Positions 57,868-64,000 of a DNA stretch of 64,000 nt are shown here, piece after piece. This stretch comes from Planctomycetota bacterium. Lineage in GTDB: Bacteria > Planctomycetota > UBA8108 > SXIK01. The stretch covers positions 7,072,001 through 7,136,000 of the forward strand of contig CBDCXR010000004.1 in assembly GCA_965223845.1 (NCBI GenBank), read 5' to 3'. Numbering within the stretch: position 1 is the first letter of the stretch; every line of letters starts with the position of its first letter. The notes beneath the pieces were generated by a model. That model searched no databases. It saw only the letters and a program-made list of their open reading frames with translations, and was not told where the DNA came from. A program made the translations under genes and the position numbers.

Positions 57868-59025
57868 ATGACCGTCCGTCTCAGTCGCCGCTCCGCCCGT
57901 CTCGAGCCGTCCGAGATCCGCAACATGAGCGTCGAGTGCGAACGGCTCGGCGGAATCAATCTCGCGCAGGGGGTCTGCGACACGCCCGCCCCTGAAGTGG
58001 TGCGCCGCGTCGCTCGTGAAGCGATCGACGCGGGTGTGAACAGCTACACGCGGTTCGACGGCCTGCGTTCGCTGCGAACCGCGATTGCCGGCAAGGTGAA
58101 GCGGGAGATCGGGCTCGACGTCGACGCCGAGACGCAAGTCACCGTCAGCGTGGGTTCGACCGGCGCGATGTACGCCGCGCTCATGGCGCTTCTCGATCGC
58201 GGCGACGAGGTGATTCTTTTCGAGCCGTACTACGGCTACCACTTGAACGCGCTTCACTCGCTCGAGCTCACCCCGCAGTTCGTTCCGACGCGACCGCCGG
58301 ACTGGACCTTCGAGCTGAACGAACTTCGCTCTCGAGTCACGGATCGGACGCGAGCGATCATCGTGAACACGCCGACGAATCCGTCGGGAAAGGTGTTCAC
58401 TCGCGGCGAGCTCGAAGCGATCGCCGACCTCGCGATCGAAAAGGACCTCGTCGTGCTCACGGACGAGATCTACGAGTACTTCGTGTTCGACGGCCGCGAG
58501 CACGTGAGTCCCGCGGCGCTGGCGTCGCTCCGCGACCGAACGGTGCTCGTCTCGGGGTTTTCGAAGACGTTCAGCATCACGGGTTGGCGCCTCGGCTACA
58601 GCGTCGCGCCGCCCGAGATCGCCGCGGCGATCGGTGCGATGACGGACCTCGTCTACGTCTGCGCGCCCGCGCCTCTTCAACAAGCCGTTGCGGTCGCGCT
58701 CGGTGAGCTCGCACCCGAATTCTATCGCGCGCTCTCCTGCGAGTACGAAGCGAAGCGGGCACGGATCTGCGCTGCGCTTTCAGACGCCGGTCTCGCGCCG
58801 TACCCGCCGCAGGGTGCGTACTACGTGCTCGCGGATGTCTCGCAGCTTCCCGGCGCGACGAGCAAGGAGCGTGCGATGCACATCCTCGAAGCCACCGGCG
58901 TCGCGAGCGTGCCGGGGGAGGCGTTCTACTCGGGAGATGGCGGTCGCGATCTGGTTCGCTTCTGCTTCGCGAAGACGGACGACGATCTCGCCGAGGCGTG
59001 CCGTCGGCTGCGCGGCCTGAGCTAG
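57868..59025 (+). CDS. Class I/II PLP-dependent aminotransferase
   Basis: INLAQG, NTPTNPSG, TDEIY, SGFSKTFSITGWRLGY, RFCFAK. Confidence 0.93.
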   Translation: MTVRLSRRSARLEPSEIRNMSVECERLGGINLAQGVCDTPAPEVVRRVAREAIDAGVNSYTRFDGLRSLRTAIAGKVKREIGLDVDAETQVTVSVGSTGAMYAALMALLDRGDEVILFEPYYGYHLNALHSLELTPQFVPTRPPDWTFELNELRSRVTDRTRAIIVNTPTNPSGKVFTRGELEAIADLAIEKDLVVLTDEIYEYFVFDGREHVSPAALASLRDRTVLVSGFSKTFSITGWRLGYSVAPPEIAAAIGAMTDLVYVCAPAPLQQAVAVALGELAPEFYRALSCEYEAKRARICAALSDAGLAPYPPQGAYYVLADVSQLPGATSKERAMHILEATGVASVPGEAFYSGDGGRDLVRFCFAKTDDDLAEACRRLRGLS

Positions 59026-59161
59026 CTGAGCCCGGAACTCGGTTCCGTTTCCCGTCTGTCGCCTCGCACGACGCGAGCGAGCGTCGCTACGATTCTCGAT
59101 CGGGCGGCGCAGATCTCACGACCCGAAAGCACCCGCAGTCCTCAGCGATTCGTCTCTTCGC

Positions 59162-60280
59162 TCATTCCCTCAGTCGCGCTGAGTACCCCTGGTCCTTGAG
59201 CGCCGCGACCGCCGTCTCCGCTTCTTCGCGCGCCCGAAACGCGAGGCGGAGCGTCCCGCCTTCGCCTTCGCGAACCTTGAGGACCTCGATGTCGAGGACG
59301 TTGATCCCGCGTTCGGCGAGAGGCGCGCAGATCCCGACGATGACTCCGGGCTGATCTTCGACGACGACGAGAACGTCGAACAGCTTCGTCATGAAGCCCT
59401 TGGTGTCGCGGGGGATCTCCCCCCGCGTCGCCCCGGCTTCCTGGAATGCCGGCGCGAGGGTTTCGTCCGAGAGATCTCCCAGCGTCTCGCGAAAGTGTGC
59501 GCTGAATTCGTCGACCATCTCCGCGATGACGTCACGGTTCGTTCCGATGATGTCGCGCCACATCGAGTAGGGGCTCGAGGCGATGCGCGTCATGTCCCGA
59601 AATCCTCCGGCGGCGAGCTTCTTTCCCGAGTCGCGGTGGGGTCCGAGCTCGTCGAGAAAGCGAACGAGGCTCACGGCGAGAAGTTGGGGGAGATGACTGA
59701 TCGCCGCGGCGACTCGGTCGTGGGCTTCGGCGTCGAGAACGACGACGTGCGCGCCGGTGGTCTCAACGAACGCAGTGAAGGACGCGGTGACGCGGGGTGG
59801 AACTCCGGGCGCCGGCGTGAGCACGTAGTACGCGTTCTGGAAGAGAAACGGCTCGGCCGCCGCGACTCCGCGGAGCTCCGATCCGGCGAGCGGGTGACCG
59901 CCGATGAAGTGGACGTGATCGGGAAGCCGAGCCGCGGCCGCGAGGACGGCGCGCTTCGTGCTCCCGACGTCCGTGATCACGAGGCCCTCGCGCAGCCGGT
60001 CGCCGAGGCTCGCGATGAGTTCGAGCTGCTCGGAGATGCTGCTGATCGGCCCCGCGAGGACGACGAGATCGCTCTCGGCCACCGCTTCCTGCAGGCGCTC
60101 GTGGGGAACGCCTCGGTCGATGACGCGGAGTCGCCCCGCCTCGTCGAGAGTGGACGGGCGACTGACGCCGACGATTTCGCCTTCGTAACCGCCCTTTCGG
60201 AGCGCCAGGGCGAGCGATCCGCCGATCAATCCGACGCCGACGACGGTTGTTCTCTGGGGTGAAAAGACTGCGTTCTCCAT
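59162..60280 (-). CDS. tyrA: Prephenate/arogenate dehydrogenase with C-terminal ACT domain
   Basis: GVGLIGGS, TDVGSTK, GGHPLAGSE, HD...A.ISHLP, GGFRDMTRIA, VEDQPGVI (ACT). Confidence 0.93.
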   Translation of the reverse strand: MENAVFSPQRTTVVGVGLIGGSLALALRKGGYEGEIVGVSRPSTLDEAGRLRVIDRGVPHERLQEAVAESDLVVLAGPISSISEQLELIASLGDRLREGLVITDVGSTKRAVLAAAARLPDHVHFIGGHPLAGSELRGVAAAEPFLFQNAYYVLTPAPGVPPRVTASFTAFVETTGAHVVVLDAEAHDRVAAAISHLPQLLAVSLVRFLDELGPHRDSGKKLAAGGFRDMTRIASSPYSMWRDIIGTNRDVIAEMVDEFSAHFRETLGDLSDETLAPAFQEAGATRGEIPRDTKGFMTKLFDVLVVVEDQPGVIVGICAPLAERGINVLDIEVLKVREGEGGTLRLAFRAREEAETAVAALKDQGYSARLRE

Positions 60281-60545
60281 CGCGACCTATTCCGCTCATA
60301 GAAAGAGACGCGCATTGTACCGGCTCGTTCGGAGGGATTCACAGCGGGGGGACGGGGCGTTCGGCCGAGCGGACTTCGGCCGCCGTCCGTCCGAAAGTTC
60401 ATCGTCCGGCGGCGGAATCCGGACCGGTCCGGCGCTGAATCCGCGCTAAGATTTCCCGGCTGGTCTGGAGGGCGGGGCACGGCTTTCCGGCGAAGGGAGT
60501 TCGCGAAGTGCGCGAAGCGAGAGCGGGAACGAGGGGGGACGAACC

Positions 60546-62522
60546 GTGAAGAGCGCGACGAACGACTCGCTCGCCCAAGCTGTCCTGGGCGGATCGGGAG
60601 CCGGACACGTCGCCGAGCTGGCGGCGCGGGAGCTCGAGGAGTGTCGCGAGCAGCTCGCGTCGATGCGATCGCCGGACGCCGAGCCGAGCCTCGATGCGAC
60701 CCTGCGGCCGTTCAACGAAGTCGCGATCCGGCTCAGCAACCTGTTTCAGCTCGTCGGTCTCCTTCGCTGTGTCGATCCGCGCGAAAAGGTGCGCGAGGCG
60801 TGCGAGGAGGCCGAGCAAGCTGCCGACAAGTTTCGCAACGAGCTCAATCTCGACCCCGCGCTCTATCGGCTCGTCGAAGCTTGCGACCCGGAATCTCTCG
60901 ACGCGACCGCACGACGTTTCCGCGAGCACGCGCTCCGCGACTTCCGCCGCTGCGGCGTCGATCGCGCTGCGGCGACGAGGGCGCGCGTCCACGAGATCCG
61001 GGAAGAGCTCGTCGCGCTCGGCCAGCGCTTCACTCGCAACATCGCGAGTGATACACGCAGTATCCGGGTCGAGGCCGAGGAGCTCGATGGCCTCCCCGAG
61101 GACTACGTGCGAAATCACCGTCCGGACGGTGACGGTCGCGTCACCATCTCGACCGACTATCCGCACTACAACCCGTTCATGGCGTACGCCGCCAGCGCCG
61201 CGCGTCGGCGCGAGCTCTACACCGTGTTTCGACTTCGCGCCTACCCGCAGAATACGGAGATCCTCGCGAAGCTCCTCGAGCGCCGCTTCGAGCTCGCGCG
61301 ACTTCTCGGCTACGCGTCCTGGGCTGAGTACGCGACCGAGGACAAGATGATCCGGACGCCCGAGGCGATCGCGGAGTTCATCGAACGGGTCTCCGAGGCG
61401 GCGCGACCCGCCGCGGACGAGGAGCTCGCGATCCTCCTCGAGGAGAAGCGTCGCGATGAACCCGACGCGGGCTCCGTCGCCGACTGGGAGAAGACCTACC
61501 TCGAGGAGCGCGTGCGCGCGCGACGCTTTCGCGTCGACAGTAAGCAGGTGCGCGTGTACTTCGAGTACGAACGCGTGAAGGAGGGCATCCTCGGGCTAAC
61601 GGAAGACCTCTTCGGAGTGCGTTTCACACCGGCGCCGAACGCGGTGCGCTGGCACGACGATGTCGAGGTGCTCGACGTCTTCGAGAAGGACCGTCGCGTC
61701 GCGCGCGTGTATCTCGATATGCACCCGCGCGCGGGAAAGTTCAAGCACGCGGCGATGTTTCCGATCGTTGCCGGAGTGCGCGGCGTTCAGATTCCCGAGG
61801 CGGCTCTCGTCTGCAACTTTCCCGATCCGCGCGCCGGTGCGGGCTCCGCGCTTCTCGAGCACGACGATGTCGTCGTCTTCTTCCACGAATTCGGTCACCT
61901 GCTCCACCATCTCTTCGCCCGAGACGGCGACTGGGTCGAGTTCAGCGGAACGGGGACCGAGTGGGATTTCGTCGAGGTACCGTCGCAGATCTACGAGGAG
62001 TGGGCGTGGGATGCGGAGACCCTGCGGCGGTTCGCCGTGCACCACGAAACGGGCGAGCCGATTCCGGACGCACTCGTCGACAATCTTCGCCGCGCGCGTG
62101 ACTTCGGTCGCGGTCTGCACACGCGCCACCAGATGTACTACGCCGCGGTGTCGTACCACTGCTATCGCGGCGATCCCTCGGGGCTCGACGTTGCGGCGCT
62201 TCTCCGCGAACTCCAGACGCGCTACAGTCCGTTTCCGTTCGTCGAGGGGACGCACTTCGAGGCGAGCTTCGGCCACCTCGATGACTACTCGGCCCTCTAC
62301 TACACGTACATGTGGTCGCTCGTCATCGCGAAGGATATCGACGGCGCGCTGCGAAAAAACGGCTCGCTCGACCCCGATGCGGCTCGGCGCTACCGCGAGT
62401 GCGTGCTCGATCCGGGCGGCTCGCGTGACGCGCGCAACCTCGTGCGCGATTTCCTCGGGCGGGAGTACTCCTACGCCGAATTCGAGCGGTGGCTCGCGGG
62501 GCGCGAAAACAAAAGCGCGTGA
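60546..62522 (+). CDS. M3A metallopeptidase (thimet oligopeptidase-like)
   Basis: YLDMHPRAGK, FHEFGHLLH, DFVEVPSQ, SFGHL, YYTYMWS. Confidence 0.95.
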   Translation: MKSATNDSLAQAVLGGSGAGHVAELAARELEECREQLASMRSPDAEPSLDATLRPFNEVAIRLSNLFQLVGLLRCVDPREKVREACEEAEQAADKFRNELNLDPALYRLVEACDPESLDATARRFREHALRDFRRCGVDRAAATRARVHEIREELVALGQRFTRNIASDTRSIRVEAEELDGLPEDYVRNHRPDGDGRVTISTDYPHYNPFMAYAASAARRRELYTVFRLRAYPQNTEILAKLLERRFELARLLGYASWAEYATEDKMIRTPEAIAEFIERVSEAARPAADEELAILLEEKRRDEPDAGSVADWEKTYLEERVRARRFRVDSKQVRVYFEYERVKEGILGLTEDLFGVRFTPAPNAVRWHDDVEVLDVFEKDRRVARVYLDMHPRAGKFKHAAMFPIVAGVRGVQIPEAALVCNFPDPRAGAGSALLEHDDVVVFFHEFGHLLHHLFARDGDWVEFSGTGTEWDFVEVPSQIYEEWAWDAETLRRFAVHHETGEPIPDALVDNLRRARDFGRGLHTRHQMYYAAVSYHCYRGDPSGLDVAALLRELQTRYSPFPFVEGTHFEASFGHLDDYSALYYTYMWSLVIAKDIDGALRKNGSLDPDAARRYRECVLDPGGSRDARNLVRDFLGREYSYAEFERWLAGRENKSA

Positions 62523-62558
62523 GCGCCGCGATTCCCGCTGGGCTCGAGCCGCGACGCG

Positions 62559-63650
62559 CTACCCGCCGCCCGCGTCGATCTTGACTTTGTAGCTCCCGCC
62601 GGCGCCCTGCGGATAGTAGTAGAAGGGCGTGATCGCGAGGTACAGCTTTCCCGCGCCGCTCGCCTTCCCGCGAAAGTTGCTGCCGACGAGAAACGGCTTT
62701 CCCTTGCGGCCGATCTTGCCGATGAGCGAGAGGACGGGAAAGTTCCCGAAGCTCCGGCTCGTCGAGTATTGACTGGCGCCGTCGGGCGTCGCGCTCACGC
62801 TGTAGTTGCTGACGAGCGTCTGACCGGTCGCGCTCACGCGAAGCCTCTGCCCGCGCTCGACGGTGAGTTTCGTATCGAGCCAGTTCCCCGGCGGCTGGAA
62901 GGACGGGGCCACGGTGACTTTCTTCGACGTCGGGCCGACCGAGCGAAACACGATGCCCGCGAGATTGCTCGTGTCCACCGACAAGGTGCCGTAGCGACTC
63001 TGAATCACGAACTGATCCTGAGTCACGCGCCCCTTGATGGTCATTCGAGTGGTGACGATCTCGTCGTCCCGCCCCTGAATGAGCGAGATCTCGTCCTCGG
63101 TCGTCTTCGCGGCCGGCGCTTCCTTCTTCGCTTGGGCGTTGATCGCCTTGAGGATCTCCTTCGCCCGCTTCTTGACCTCTTCGTCGCTCGATTTGGTGGC
63201 TTGCTTCACGGCGTAGATCGCGTGCGCGCCGATTTTCTCCAGTTCTTCGCTCGCCGCGACGCGCGCGTCGAAGTCCTCGGCCCCGAGCTGCGCGATGAAC
63301 TTCTCGATGGCTGCACTGACGTCGGCGGGGATGCGTTCGGCGAATCGGATCTGCACGAGCTCGGTCACGGGTACTTTGAGCTCACCGTACTTCGTAGCGA
63401 CGGCGATGTGCTCGATGTCCGGCTGACCCGCGACCTTGCTCTTGTCGCGAAAGTGAAAATGAGGCTGGGGTCGTTCCTGGCCCTTCGGTTTCTCCGGCGA
63501 GCCGACGCCGCCTCGCGAGGCAGCGGTTTCGTCTTTGGCCGCAACCGGCTCGACGATCTCGAGGACGCGGGCGGCTTCCTGCGCCATCGCGACCGGACCG
63601 CAGAACGAGATGAGGACGACGGCGAGAGTAGAGAGGGGCGTTCGGTCCAT
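62559..63650 (-). CDS. Secreted protein with HEAT-like helices and C-terminal LecA/PA-IL-like beta domain
   Basis: Signal peptide ending AMA-Q; IAQLGAEDFDARVAASEELEKIG; WLDTKLTV..GQ.LRVSATG..LIGKIG..PFLVG..GKLYL. Confidence 0.65.
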   Translation of the reverse strand: MDRTPLSTLAVVLISFCGPVAMAQEAARVLEIVEPVAAKDETAASRGGVGSPEKPKGQERPQPHFHFRDKSKVAGQPDIEHIAVATKYGELKVPVTELVQIRFAERIPADVSAAIEKFIAQLGAEDFDARVAASEELEKIGAHAIYAVKQATKSSDEEVKKRAKEILKAINAQAKKEAPAAKTTEDEISLIQGRDDEIVTTRMTIKGRVTQDQFVIQSRYGTLSVDTSNLAGIVFRSVGPTSKKVTVAPSFQPPGNWLDTKLTVERGQRLRVSATGQTLVSNYSVSATPDGASQYSTSRSFGNFPVLSLIGKIGRKGKPFLVGSNFRGKASGAGKLYLAITPFYYYPQGAGGSYKVKIDAGGG

Positions 63651-63911
63651 CGGGGCCTCGCGGGGATGTAGGGTCGGGGCGGCGCCGCGGGATCGAGCGA
63701 TTCGCTCGCGCCGTCCCTCGACGCCTTCCGCTATCATAGTCGCGCCGCCGCCGGATTTCTCACCGCGTTCTGCGCGTCGGCCGGAGTTCGGGCGTCCCGC
63801 GGCCGGAACTTCGCTGACGTCCGCGTGTTGTGGGGGTGGGCCGGGGCCGGCCGCCGGACTCGAGCGTTCGGCGAAACTGAGATGTCAGTGCCTCGAGGGG
63901 CGCTGCCGGAG

Positions 63912-64000
63912 ATGACCCCGATCCAATCCTCTCGCTCGTTCGTCGTCCTCGGTGCGGGGGTCGTCGGCCTCGCCGTCGCGCGCGAGCTCGCCCGGCGCGG
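63912..64000 (+). CDS. FAD-dependent oxidoreductase (DAO/ThiO-like), partial, runs off right edge
   Basis: MTPIQSSRSFVVLGAGVVGLAVARELARR Rossmann GxGxxG; GGAG upstream. Confidence 0.75.
   Translation, partial: MTPIQSSRSFVVLGAGVVGLAVARELARR

Noticed and set aside
1-64000. CRISPR array, tRNA/rRNA, prophage or restriction-modification/defence island
   Set aside because: No regularly spaced repeats, cloverleaf motifs, phage genes, integrases or nuclease partners seen by eye; composition appears uniform.

Overview
GC-rich bacterial chromosomal window (about two-thirds G+C by eye) with about 45 protein genes. I recognised no rRNA, tRNA, CRISPR array or transposase. Gene content (two Hanks-type kinases, an ECF sigma/anti-sigma pair, a Tat-exported Gfo/Idh/MocA oxidoreductase, several orphan lipoproteins) suggests a Planctomycetota-like organism; this is inference. 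Housekeeping genes include mutS, uvrC, trmB, ispH, a plsC-like acyltransferase, rsmD, rluD, ttcA, tyrA, an E1 alpha/beta dehydrogenase pair, bioB-F-D-A divergent from feoA-feoB, an MsbA-like ABC transporter and an M3 peptidase. The most unusual items are: (1) an FHA-kinase whose catalytic domain is split between the catalytic loop and DFG by a ~520-aa insert resembling a degenerate STAND/AAA ATPase; (2) a ~1600-aa STAND-TPR-GAF-degenerate GGDEF-Fis HTH regulator with no sigma54 activator domain; (3) a stand-alone MshEN protein; (4) two candidate structured RNAs, one 6S-like with its own promoter upstream of an orphan adenine methyltransferase and one with loop-loop complementarity to an orphan terminator; (5) stand-alone RQC-HRDC and EboE proteins. 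All family assignments come from motif recognition by eye, not database searches.
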